A DNA stretch of 43,522 nt from Acidobacteriota bacterium (GCA_046726355.1 JBKPAI010000164.1:1-43522), one strand, 5' to 3'; counted from the first letter of the stretch, positions 1 to 8,468 are shown. Notes: generated by a model not told the origin, from the letters alone. Numbers and translations are program-made.

Positions 1-108
1 GAGCAACAGGACGGCGATCCATACGCCGACCGGGTGGGCTGGTGTCCGGACCGCCGGAGACGAGTCTTGCGACGTTCTCTGAAGCTCGTAGTCCGACAAA
101 TCCGTCAT
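1..108 (-). CDS. Possible 5' end of a gene running off the window start (MTDLSDYELQRTSQDSSPAVRTPAHPVGVWIAVLLL...). Function unknown.
   Basis: The ATG at 108..106 on the minus strand is preceded by AAGGGG 9 nt upstream. The frame stays open to the window edge and the hydrophobic stretch at the end looks like the start of a TM helix. Only 36 codons are visible. Confidence 0.25.
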   Translation of the reverse strand, partial: MTDLSDYELQRTSQDSSPAVRTPAHPVGVWIAVLLL

Positions 109-194
109 GATGGTCACCCCTTGATCAGGAGCATACGGTCGGGTGGCTCGCGAGCCCCGCCGGTGTCCCTGAACGAATGATCTCATATGCAGCG

Positions 195-337
195 GGGACG
201 GAGCAGGGACGCAGTCGGGACGGACTCGGGACGGAGGCGGGACGGACCCGGGACGGACCCGGGACGCAGCCAGGACGGAGCAGGGACGCAGCCGGGACGG
301 AGGCGGGACGGACTGGGGACGGAGGCGGGACGGAGCC
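195..337. repeat. Tandem array of 13 copies of an 11-bp unit (consensus GGGACGSASNC).
   Basis: Direct reading gives gggacggagca, gggacgcagtc, gggacggactc, gggacggaggc, gggacggaccc (x2), gggacgcagcc and so on, with perfect 11-bp phasing. A period of 11 is not a multiple of 3, so the overlapping ORFs 125..391, 177..470 and 187..405 are artefacts of a stop-free repeat. Confidence 0.9.
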
Positions 338-432
338 GCCCGTACGCCCCGAGTGGGGGGACCCGCGCGTCCGGCCCATCACCCGGTACATCGAGCGCCA
401 GCTAGGAGTCTGTCCGACTCAGTTCCCACCAT

Positions 433-486
433 GGAGGACACGGAGGCAAAACCCTGTTGGTTTCAGATAGACCCTCCGTGTCCTCC
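433..486. terminator. Perfect 14-bp-stem hairpin (GGAGGACACGGAGG, 26-nt loop, CCTCCGTGTCCTCC) with a nested AAACC/GGTTT mini-hairpin. It sits 30 bp past the stop of the 517..3492 gene.
   Basis: The inverted repeat was read directly. It is a member of a dispersed hairpin family, see findings. There is no U-tract, so it may not be a canonical intrinsic terminator. Confidence 0.5.
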
Positions 487-516
487 GCGGTGCGATCCGG
501 CATTACTCAGTGCTGC

Positions 517-3492
517 TCAGAACGCCAACCTGACCCCGAACTGTGCCTGCCGCGGGAACCCGCCGCCGCCGCGGAGGTTTGTCAGCACCAGGAAGTTGTC
601 AGTCACGCGCATGTCACGATTGGCGTTCACGGGATTGTCGAAATTCGCCCGATTCGTGATGTTGTAGATGTCGAGGAACACCTCGAGCGTCCTGCTCCTG
701 ATCCGCTGGTGCCAGCCGGCGCGGACGTCGGCCTGGAAGTAATTGGGGCCTCTCGCGCCGTTACGCCGGCCGTCGAACTCCACGTTCTTCAGCGAGTCCG
801 GCGCGGTGCCGCTGTAGGTTCCGGGCTGGACCGGATCCTCGAGCTCACCGTTGCGATTGACGTCGATGGCGCTGTTGTAGATGGTGAACGGGGCGCCGCT
901 CATGTACCGAATCGTCGACGACAGATTGACCCCGTGCGTCTTCGGGATCTCCGTCCTGGCGCCGATCGACAGGATATGGCGCCGGTCGACCTCGCTCGGC
1001 CCGCGCCAGAGGTCGAGATTCGGATCCGTCAAAGCCTGATACGTATTCCGGTCGGCCTGGTTGTCGGCGGTGCCTCGCGACGACGACAGCGAGTACGAGA
1101 CCCTGCCGGACCAGTTGTTCGCATAGCGCTTCTCGAGCGAAAGATTCAGGCCGTCGTAGGTCGATTCGCCGGTGTTCTCCATCAGCCAGACCTGCTGAGT
1201 GTAGCGTTCGCCCAGCACGCCAAAGGCATCGAGGCGTTGCAGCGAGCCGGTGCGGCTGGTGTCCACGCGCAGCGCCGGATTGAGATTGCGCGCGAGGAAC
1301 ATGTCCCGGTTCTCCATGCGTATGTAGTCGACGTGCGCGGCGAGCGACGTCATGAGCTCCCTGACGTAGCCGACGGTGAATTGACGCGCGTACGGCTGCT
1401 TCCGATCCGGGGAGTCGAAGATCACGACCCCGCCGTTCTTCACGGGCACCCCCGGAGGGTAGAGCTGCTCAAGGGCCGCGCGGTTGAGGAACGGACCGTT
1501 CACCAGGAACGAGTCGGTCGGCAACCGTCCTGCGCTGGGACCGGGGTCTGCCTGGCCGCTGGTCGGGAAGGTGACCACCGCCGACGTCACGTACTTGCCG
1601 AATTCGAGCACGTCGTCGACGGCCCCAAGGATCGTGCGGTTGTAAAAGATCCCGTAACCGGCCCGAACCACCGATTTGCCGGCGTCGTCGAGGGAGTGAG
1701 TGAAGTTCAGCCGCGGCCCGAAATTGTTCTTGTCGACGGGATAACGGGTAGCGGATGAGAAGAGTGGATTACCGGTTTCGTCGATCGGGATGATCTCGAG
1801 GTCATAGCGAAGTCCCAGGCCGATGGTCGTCCTCGGCGTAATCCGCCATTTGTCCTGCGCGAACATCTCGTACGTGTGGTTGTTGATGAATTCGTTGAAC
1901 GCTCCCGTGCGAATCGTCAAGCGTTCGGGATAGGTCCTCGGATCGGCGGGATTGAACGGGTTGTCGGTGTTGAACCTGAACGTGCCGTTCTGGTTGATCT
2001 GCGACACGCGTCGCAGTTCGGTGTAGTTGTACCGGAACCCGAACTTCATGTCGTGATCGCCCTTTTTACCGGGGACGAACCACGAGAAGTCGTCCTCGAT
2101 CTGGTAGTTGGAATCCCAGGGGCCCTGTGCCTCCGTGCTCGCCTGCGCGAGGAAGCTCAGATTGTCGAGCTGTGGCGGGCAGAGGGCCTGATTGCCGCTT
2201 GCTTCATCTCCGAACTTGAAGCCTGCCTGCCCGCCAAGAGGACCCTGCTTGCGGAAGCAATCGTTCCCATGCCACCAGTGCTCCCACGTCCGTGCCACAC
2301 GAACCGTATTGACGCGGGAGTGGCCGAGCACGCTTGTGAGTGTGCCAACGGCTGTCTGATCCAGGTCGGTCTCGTCCTGATAGGACTGGAGTGTATTGCG
2401 AGGTGAAATTGTGAACCACTGCGGTGCCCACTCGCGCAACCAGCGAACCGCCCAGGTATGGTTGGCGCTGATCTGGTGATCGAAGCGGACCAGCGTGTTC
2501 CAGCTCGTGCGATCCTCGGCAATCGAGAAGTCCAGCGACGGCTGGGACGCGAACACTCGCGTCCGGTTCGGATTGTCCACCTGGCGCTCGAGGCTCGCGA
2601 AGAAATGCGCCTTGTTCCTGACGATAGGGCCGCCCAACACTCCGCCCCACTCCCGCTTCGTTGTCGTGGGCTTCGTCAGATTTTTCGTTCGAACGAAGTA
2701 ATCCTCTGCCGTCAGCTTGTTGCTCGCCGCGTAACCGAATACCACACCCTTGAACTGATTGGTGCCGGACTTGGTGACGGCATTGACGATGGCGCCGCTG
2801 GCGCGGCCAAATTCCGCGTCCGACATGCTCGTGACGACCTGAAACTCCTGGATTGCCTCGAGCGGTGTGCGCACCTGCGCACCCGAGCTGGTCCCGAGTG
2901 CATCGTCGGCGTTGTAGCCGCCGTCGACCGTGACGTTGTTGTTCTGCGTGGTCTGGCCCGACGCCACAATCGTGTCGTTGCCCATCTGGTTCGAGGGCGA
3001 GAACTGCACTCCCGGCAGCAGCGCAACGACCGAAAAGTAATTGCGATTCATTGCCGGAAGCTCACTCAGCTCGTCCGTCCCGATGTTGCCCCCCACTTTG
3101 GCGCTCGTCGTGTCGACGATCGGCGATTCGCCGGTGACGGTGATGGTTTCTTCGACCGCCCCCACGGCAAGCGTCAGGTTCAAGGTGACTTGTTTGCCGA
3201 CCTGCAGAATGATGCCCTTCCGTTCTATGCTGCGGAACCCGGCGAGCTTCGCGGTGATTTGATAGCGCCCGGGGATCAGTTGGGGGACGAAATAGCTGCC
3301 ATCGGCTCCGCTCAGGGTCTCGCGGAACACGCCGCTCTGCTCGTTGGTGACGACGATGGCGGCACCAGGCAACGCGGCGTTGGTGTCGTCCGTCACGCGT
3401 CCTCCGATTTCGGAGGTGCCTTGCTGCGCAAGCGCAGGGACTGCCATGCCCCACAGAAGCGAAAGGACCGAACCAATCAGGAGTCTACGCAT
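517..3492 (-). CDS. TonB-dependent receptor-like outer-membrane protein with an N-terminal carboxypeptidase-regulatory-like (CarboxypepD_reg) domain.
   Basis: A signal peptide (MRRLLIGSVLSLLWGMAVPALAQQ) is followed by GGRVTDDTNAALPGAAIVVTNEQSGVFRETLSGADGSYFVPQLIPGRYQITAKLAGF, which is CarboxypepD_reg. Plug-like and long beta-barrel sequence follows, ending in a terminal F. The start at 3492 has GGAGG 7 nt upstream; the longer ORF to 3576 is probably a 5' over-extension. Confidence 0.88.
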   Translation of the reverse strand: MRRLLIGSVLSLLWGMAVPALAQQGTSEIGGRVTDDTNAALPGAAIVVTNEQSGVFRETLSGADGSYFVPQLIPGRYQITAKLAGFRSIERKGIILQVGKQVTLNLTLAVGAVEETITVTGESPIVDTTSAKVGGNIGTDELSELPAMNRNYFSVVALLPGVQFSPSNQMGNDTIVASGQTTQNNNVTVDGGYNADDALGTSSGAQVRTPLEAIQEFQVVTSMSDAEFGRASGAIVNAVTKSGTNQFKGVVFGYAASNKLTAEDYFVRTKNLTKPTTTKREWGGVLGGPIVRNKAHFFASLERQVDNPNRTRVFASQPSLDFSIAEDRTSWNTLVRFDHQISANHTWAVRWLREWAPQWFTISPRNTLQSYQDETDLDQTAVGTLTSVLGHSRVNTVRVARTWEHWWHGNDCFRKQGPLGGQAGFKFGDEASGNQALCPPQLDNLSFLAQASTEAQGPWDSNYQIEDDFSWFVPGKKGDHDMKFGFRYNYTELRRVSQINQNGTFRFNTDNPFNPADPRTYPERLTIRTGAFNEFINNHTYEMFAQDKWRITPRTTIGLGLRYDLEIIPIDETGNPLFSSATRYPVDKNNFGPRLNFTHSLDDAGKSVVRAGYGIFYNRTILGAVDDVLEFGKYVTSAVVTFPTSGQADPGPSAGRLPTDSFLVNGPFLNRAALEQLYPPGVPVKNGGVVIFDSPDRKQPYARQFTVGYVRELMTSLAAHVDYIRMENRDMFLARNLNPALRVDTSRTGSLQRLDAFGVLGERYTQQVWLMENTGESTYDGLNLSLEKRYANNWSGRVSYSLSSSRGTADNQADRNTYQALTDPNLDLWRGPSEVDRRHILSIGARTEIPKTHGVNLSSTIRYMSGAPFTIYNSAIDVNRNGELEDPVQPGTYSGTAPDSLKNVEFDGRRNGARGPNYFQADVRAGWHQRIRSRTLEVFLDIYNITNRANFDNPVNANRDMRVTDNFLVLTNLRGGGGFPRQAQFGVRLAF

Positions 3493-3597
3493 CTGCCGCC
3501 TCCTCACGCGGGAACGTTGAGGGTTTACGAGGGCGACACGGCGACGGCATAAAAGAATTGAGCTTTTACCGCGCATTTAACTACCGGCCTGGCGGCC

Positions 3598-3636
3598 GAT
3601 CAACAAAATAGTGGCAGGCGATCAACCAAATAATGG
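3598..3636. promoter_or_regulatory. AT-rich 17-bp direct repeat (GATCAACAAAATAGTGG / GATCAACCAAATAATGG, 22-bp centre-to-centre) in the upstream region of the 517..3492 gene.
   Basis: Both copies were read directly. This is the only strongly AT-rich island in an otherwise GC-rich 300-bp upstream region. Confidence 0.3.
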
Positions 3637-3801
3637 AGGCGGCGCAGGTTATTGGATCGCTTCGCCATGGCCGGGCGGGCGTCGGGCGCGCTAGCGGCGG
3701 CCGTGGGAACCTCATGTGGGTGTGGATCACGGTAAGGGCGGCTCGCGAGCCATCTCTACCTGTAATCGTCCCGACCGGCCATCGCCCTTACTCGCCAACG
3801 T

Positions 3802-5685
3802 CTATCTCCAGGCAATCAGGTTCCACTGATAGGCCCAGATCGCAGCGCCCACAGCGGCAAGCGCCACGACGGCAAAGGACAGGCGGCCAACGAAGTACCA
3901 CCACCTTCTCCTCCAGGCTCCGGCCGCGAACGCCAGCACAATCACGGACAACACGGAAGCAGCGGCAAACAGGGCAAACCCGGTCTGCATCGCCGGCGGC
4001 ACGCCGAACACGATATCGTTGACGCTCCTGCCGCCGACCAGCACTTCGGCGACTCCGGCCAGAAACACCACGGAGGTGATCCAGGCAACGAAACGCGCGA
4101 ACATCGCCGCGAGCACTTTCGGCTGACCGCGCTGAACGATCGCCGCAATGGGAAATCCGAACAGGGCAAGAGCGAGGACCCCGACGCAGACGCCGGCCCA
4201 TGTCGCCTGGAACGCGGTACTTTTCCACCACGGCTGCTTGATCAATGCGACCACGCAGATCGGCGAGGTGCAGAGATCGACAACCTGGCCGCGATCGTTT
4301 TCGCGGAAGACGAGCCGCCGGTGGCCGTCCACCTGAACGAACTCGAGCCGTTCGACCTGACGCCAGCGGATGACGTCGCCTCCGCCGCGAGTCACCAGAT
4401 ACCCGTCTCCATCGGAGCCAACCGACAGCGCTGAGAGCAGCTTCGCGATCCTGGTGAAGTCGCTCTCCGACACGCGCGCGGCGGAGTACGTCCCGGCGAA
4501 CCGTCGCAATTGGTCGCGCGCCTCCCTGGGAGCCGGCGGTTCCTTTGCCAGCGGCGACGGGAAGTAGTGATCAACAAAGGCCTGGAAGAACTGCTGCACC
4601 GCCCGGCCGCCGGTGTCTGTGTTGTAGGCGACGAACACCCCGAGGTTTCGCACCGGGAACATCGCCGTCATGCTGTGGAACCAGAGCGTGTCGCCACCGT
4701 GGCCGTACACGGTTTCGCCGTTCCAGTTCATTTCCATGAACCCGTGCAGCATGCCGTTGATCTTCGGGGAGAACGACTGCAGTTTTCCGCGCATCGCGAG
4801 CGCCGTCTCCGTGCTGAGGATTCGCGCGTCGCCCAGCGCCCCGCCATTCAGGTGCGCCAGCATGAACCGGCCCATGTTTTCAGCGCTCACGCTCATGGCA
4901 CCGGCCGGCGCCCACGGAACATATTCGAACGGTTGTTCTTTCAAGCGTCCGTCGGTCCACTCGTATCCCTTCGACATGTCCGCGGCAAGGGCCGCCGGAA
5001 CGGGCTGTCTGATAGCCGCATGAGTCATCTGCAGCGGCGCCAGGATTCGATCCTCGACATACTTGTCGTAATTCATCCCCGAGGTCCGCTCGACGATCGT
5101 CCCGGCGACGAGCGTGCCGAAGTTCGAGTACGCGGTGACGGTTCCGGGCGGGAACACCCGCCGGGGCATGTCACGGGTGACCAGCTCATCGAGCGGGCGA
5201 AGCCGATCGGCAGACGACGCGAACAGGCCGATGACGTTGTCCTCGAAGCCGGGCGTGTGGGTCATGAGATGTTCGAGCGTGATCGGCTGGGAAAACGTCG
5301 GCGGGATGCGGATGCCGTTCAGATACTGGTTCACGTCCTTATGGAGATCGAGCTTGCCCTGCTCCACGAGCTGCATCACCGCGGTCCACAGGAACATCTT
5401 CGAGTTCGAGCCGATGCGAAAGAGCGTGCGCTCGGGATCGACCGGTCTTCGCTCGGCAAAATCGGCGAATCCGTAACCCTTTTCGAAGGCCACCTGCCCG
5501 TTGTGAACGATCGTGACGACGGCGCCGGCGATGTGAAACGACTGCTGCTGTGCCGCCAGCAGGCCGTCGACGAAGGCGTCCAGGTGCTGCAGCTCGCCGT
5601 CTTGAGCAGATTGCCCGGCCGGCGCGGTCCGGGCCAGGAGCAGCGCCAGCGCCGACACGGCCACGATGATTGTTCGTCGCGTCAC
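3802..5685 (-). CDS. Serine hydrolase of the beta-lactamase / penicillin-binding-protein family with a C-terminal 4-TM membrane domain.
   Basis: A signal peptide is followed by the S-x-x-K motif (GSNSKMF) in a typical class-C beta-lactamase / PBP context (FEKGYGFADFAERRPVDPERTLFRIGSNSKMF). The C-terminal ~150 aa contain four hydrophobic helices. The GTG start at 5685 has GGAGGTG 8 nt upstream. Confidence 0.85.
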   Translation of the reverse strand: MTRRTIIVAVSALALLLARTAPAGQSAQDGELQHLDAFVDGLLAAQQQSFHIAGAVVTIVHNGQVAFEKGYGFADFAERRPVDPERTLFRIGSNSKMFLWTAVMQLVEQGKLDLHKDVNQYLNGIRIPPTFSQPITLEHLMTHTPGFEDNVIGLFASSADRLRPLDELVTRDMPRRVFPPGTVTAYSNFGTLVAGTIVERTSGMNYDKYVEDRILAPLQMTHAAIRQPVPAALAADMSKGYEWTDGRLKEQPFEYVPWAPAGAMSVSAENMGRFMLAHLNGGALGDARILSTETALAMRGKLQSFSPKINGMLHGFMEMNWNGETVYGHGGDTLWFHSMTAMFPVRNLGVFVAYNTDTGGRAVQQFFQAFVDHYFPSPLAKEPPAPREARDQLRRFAGTYSAARVSESDFTRIAKLLSALSVGSDGDGYLVTRGGGDVIRWRQVERLEFVQVDGHRRLVFRENDRGQVVDLCTSPICVVALIKQPWWKSTAFQATWAGVCVGVLALALFGFPIAAIVQRGQPKVLAAMFARFVAWITSVVFLAGVAEVLVGGRSVNDIVFGVPPAMQTGFALFAAASVLSVIVLAFAAGAWRRRWWYFVGRLSFAVVALAAVGAAIWAYQWNLIAWR

Positions 5686-5747
5686 GACGTCACACCTCCA
5701 GCCTGCGGATCACAGGGTAGGTCAATGTTACCGAAGGTGTAGTCCTC

Positions 5748-6009
5748 AACGGAGGTTACGGAGGGAACGGTAAAACAACGGAGAAGCAGAGCAACGGAGC
5801 GAGAGCGGAGAAGACAAAGTCAGTGCTGAATCGTGAGCTTTGAGTTTTGAGTTTTGGATTTTGAGTTTTCAGTCGTGAGTTTCAGATTTTCATCCAGGGG
5901 ACCCCGAGTCATCACTCACGACTCACAACTCAAAACTTCACCAACGTGCTCTGCTCGCCTCCGTTCCTCCGTTTCTCTGTGTATGACCGTTTCCTCCGTA
6001 TCCTCTCTC
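5748..6009. repeat. 262-bp composite palindromic element. Two inverted copies of an ACGGAG-rich ~60-bp repeat (5748..5813 and 5948..6009) flank a heptad-array hairpin (GAGTTTT xn / AAAACTC xn, 5834..5940).
   Basis: All parts were read directly. Related solo copies lie at 28503..28580 and 34506..34596. Confidence 0.75.
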
Positions 6010-6083
6010 CGGCGCGATCGCTGTCCGGTCTCGGAACTGGCGCGGTCGCGCGGCTCGGTCGGCGCGTGCCCGGACGTGCGGCG

Positions 6084-6530
6084 TCAGGTCTTGACGTGCA
6101 TATCGGCGGGAATGTAGTGGACGTACGCGTTCAACAGCGTAATCGCTTCGTTCTTCTCGTCCAGGTCCACGCTCATGAGGTCACGCAGTGAGACGATGCC
6201 GGCGAGATGGCCGTGCTCGAGCACAATGAGATGGCGCACGCGGGCCTGTTGCATCCGCTGCAGGCACACATCGTACGGCTCACTGATGTCGGCGACGACC
6301 AGCTGCGTCGACATCACGTCGCCGACCGGCGTGGCCGCCGGATCGAGGCCCGCCGCCACGACGCGCCCCAGGATGTCGCGTTCGGTGAAGATGCCGGCGA
6401 GCCGTTCTCCGTCGACAACCGGAAGGGCGCCGATCTGATGACCCGCCATCGCACGGGCGGCGACCTGTACGGACATCTGCGGATTCGCGGTCACCGTCTC
6501 GCGCGCCACGATCGCCTTGATTGACCTCAT
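6084..6530 (-). CDS. CBS-pair domain protein.
   Basis: Two CBS-like halves (…MSVQVAARAMAGHQIGALPVVDGERLAGIFTERDIL… and …VCLQRMQQARVRHLIVLEHGHLAGIVSLRDLM…). GGGAGG lies 9 nt upstream of the ATG at 6530. Confidence 0.85.
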   Translation of the reverse strand: MRSIKAIVARETVTANPQMSVQVAARAMAGHQIGALPVVDGERLAGIFTERDILGRVVAAGLDPAATPVGDVMSTQLVVADISEPYDVCLQRMQQARVRHLIVLEHGHLAGIVSLRDLMSVDLDEKNEAITLLNAYVHYIPADMHVKT

Positions 6531-6548
6531 CGCGGGATGCCTCCCCCT

Positions 6549-7043
6549 TTAAACCGCCGCCACGGCCCCAGCACGTCCCGGCCGTCGTGCAAACGCTCCG
6601 ATCACGGGATTCGAGAGCTCCGCAAAATCGCCGTAGTGCATCCGGATCGCATCGCTGTGAGTGCCGGCATTGAACACCATCTCGATCTCGCCGACAAGGC
6701 TTCGATCCACGAACACGCGCTGACCGTACAACCTGCCGAATGGCGGCATCGCGCCAGGCTCACAGTCCGGATACAGGGTGGCGAGCTCCGGTTCGCGCGC
6801 CAGGCGCACGACGCAGCCGCCGGCAATGGCGCGAAACCCTTCCAGGTCGACGATCATGTGCGCCGGGAGCACCGCCAGCACCGGCTCGTCGTCGAGGAAG
6901 CAGACGACGACCTTCGCCCATGACCGCCCGGGCACGTGGCAGACGGCCGCTTCTTCTTGAGCGGTAAACGAAGGCTGGTGTTGAAAGGTGGTGAACGGGA
7001 TGCGCGCTTCGCGGAGGAAGTGATCGATCGAGCGCGGCCTCAT
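6549..7043 (-). CDS. YbaK/ProX-like aminoacyl-tRNA deacylase-domain protein (prolyl-tRNA-synthetase-associated domain).
   Basis: YbaK-like motifs are present (…KVVVCFLDDEPVLAVLPAHMIVDLEGF… and GAMPPFG). The start was chosen at M14 (7043), which has GGAGGCG 5 nt upstream. The gap to the downstream CBS gene is 18 bp, so the two are probably co-transcribed. Confidence 0.7.
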   Translation of the reverse strand: MRPRSIDHFLREARIPFTTFQHQPSFTAQEEAAVCHVPGRSWAKVVVCFLDDEPVLAVLPAHMIVDLEGFRAIAGGCVVRLAREPELATLYPDCEPGAMPPFGRLYGQRVFVDRSLVGEIEMVFNAGTHSDAIRMHYGDFAELSNPVIGAFARRPGRAGAVAAV

Positions 7044-7260
7044 GGAACGCCTCCGATTGCGTCCGGCGTTAGCGCTGCTCACAGAAGAGCGGAAACGGGC
7101 GCATTATATGCCGGAACGGGATTCTGGCGGTCAGACGCACCCAGGAGATCGGTGCAGCCGAGGTCCGGTGCGCGATGTACGGTCCAGTCGCAATCCAGGT
7201 CCGCTAATATCCATAGATGCGGAGGCACATCCGCCACGCTTGACGAAAGGAGCGCATGCC

Positions 7261-8040
7261 ATGCGGTCACACCATCTGCTTCGTGTGGTCTTCACTCTTG
7301 TCGCGGCGACTGCGATTGCGGCTGGTGACCCGCCTTACGCCGGGAAGTGGAAGATGAACCCGGCCAAGAGCGATTTCGGGGAGCTCACGGTCGCGTACGA
7401 ACAACTCCCCTCCGGGGAGATGCAGGAGACCTCTGCCGGCCAATCCTACAAGTTCAAGCTGGATGGAAAGGACTACCCTGACCCGTTTGGCAACACGGCG
7501 GCCTGGAAGTCGCTCAGCTCCACCAGCTGGCAGCGGATCGTGAAGCTCAAAGAGAAAGTCTTGACGACCGACACGTTGACGCTTTCGCCGGACGGCAAAG
7601 CCCTGACGGTAAATTCCAAAGGCACGAAGCCGAACGGCGAAGCCATAGACGATACGTTCGTGTTCGAGCGCGTCTCGGGAGGTCCGGGACTGGCGGGCAA
7701 ATGGAAGGCGAAGAACATGAAGTCCAGTTCGCCGAGCCTCCTGGAGCTCACGCCGAACGGAGCCGACGGCTTGACGTTCAAGATTGTCGATATGGGTCTG
7801 ACGTGCGACAGCAAGCTTGATGGAAAGGACTACCCGTGCACCGGCCCCACACTGTCGGCGGGGTGGACGGTGGCGCTTGCCGGTTCCGGCGCTCGCTCGT
7901 TGAACATGACAATCAAAAACAACGGGAAGGAGCTGTTCAAAATGGTCTACACGGCTTCACCCGACGGCAAGACGCTGACCGAGACCGGCACCGCGACGGC
8001 CACCAGCGAAAAAACGAAGGTCGTTTACGATCGCCAGTGA
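7261..8040 (+). CDS. Secreted hypothetical protein with two tandem ~110-aa repeats (GKWK…KLDGKDYP…SPDGK(A/T)LT), lipocalin-like / beta-rich.
   Basis: A signal peptide (MRSHHLLRVVFTLVAATAIAAG) is followed by two internally homologous halves. AAAGGAG lies 10 nt upstream of the ATG at 7261. The upstream 73 codons of ORF 7042.. are rejected as over-extension. Confidence 0.75.
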   Translation: MRSHHLLRVVFTLVAATAIAAGDPPYAGKWKMNPAKSDFGELTVAYEQLPSGEMQETSAGQSYKFKLDGKDYPDPFGNTAAWKSLSSTSWQRIVKLKEKVLTTDTLTLSPDGKALTVNSKGTKPNGEAIDDTFVFERVSGGPGLAGKWKAKNMKSSSPSLLELTPNGADGLTFKIVDMGLTCDSKLDGKDYPCTGPTLSAGWTVALAGSGARSLNMTIKNNGKELFKMVYTASPDGKTLTETGTATATSEKTKVVYDRQ

Positions 8041-8468
8041 GCGATGGCCTTCGAGTCCTCGACGAGGAGCGTATCCAGCTAACCCGACAACTTACTCAAC
8101 TAGACCGGGCGGCTTCGCCCCGCCGGACCTCCAACGCCGTCGCTCGCGCCCCCCGATTTCGCTCGGGACGCCTGAGCCTGTCGAGGGCGGGGTCCCGTTG
8201 CCTCGCTTCCGCCTCCGCTAAAGCTCCGGCGGGCTCTGTCCCGCCGGCCCCCATCGCCGTTGCTCGCGCGTGCCCCGCTTCGCGCCGCTCCCTCGCAGGC
8301 GCACTGTGCGCGCCTGCGCCTAGCCGCTGGTGACAATTCACGAGACCTCAACCTAATTTCAGCTTTTTTCAGGCACCGCTCAGGACAAATTCAGCCCAGC
8401 CGGGCGACGATCTGTCGAGCAGTCCGAAATGGCGACATTCCGCCTAACATGACTGCACAGGCGGGCTT

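Noticed and set aside
125-470. Three overlapping ORFs (125..391 -, 177..470 +, 187..405 +) with repetitive GTEAGRTRDGPG-type translations.
   Set aside because: They sit on the 11-bp tandem array. A period that is not a multiple of 3 and contains no stop codons keeps every frame open, and each 'protein' is simply the repeat read in three phases.
7042-7260. 73-codon upstream extension of the lipocalin-like ORF (MERLRLRPALALLTEERKRAHYMPERDSGGQ…).
   Set aside because: It overlaps the divergent YbaK-like gene start on the other strand. A strong AAAGGAG SD and a signal peptide begin at 7261.
8041-8468. Possible tRNA or small protein gene in the 428-bp gap before the DUF2339-like gene.
   Set aside because: There is no T-loop-like GTTCRANTC motif and no cloverleaf-compatible inverted repeats. 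The minus-strand ORFs 8096..8341 and 8100..8351 are Arg/Ala-rich antisense-type artefacts. The gap is reported instead as a repeat-and-hairpin region.
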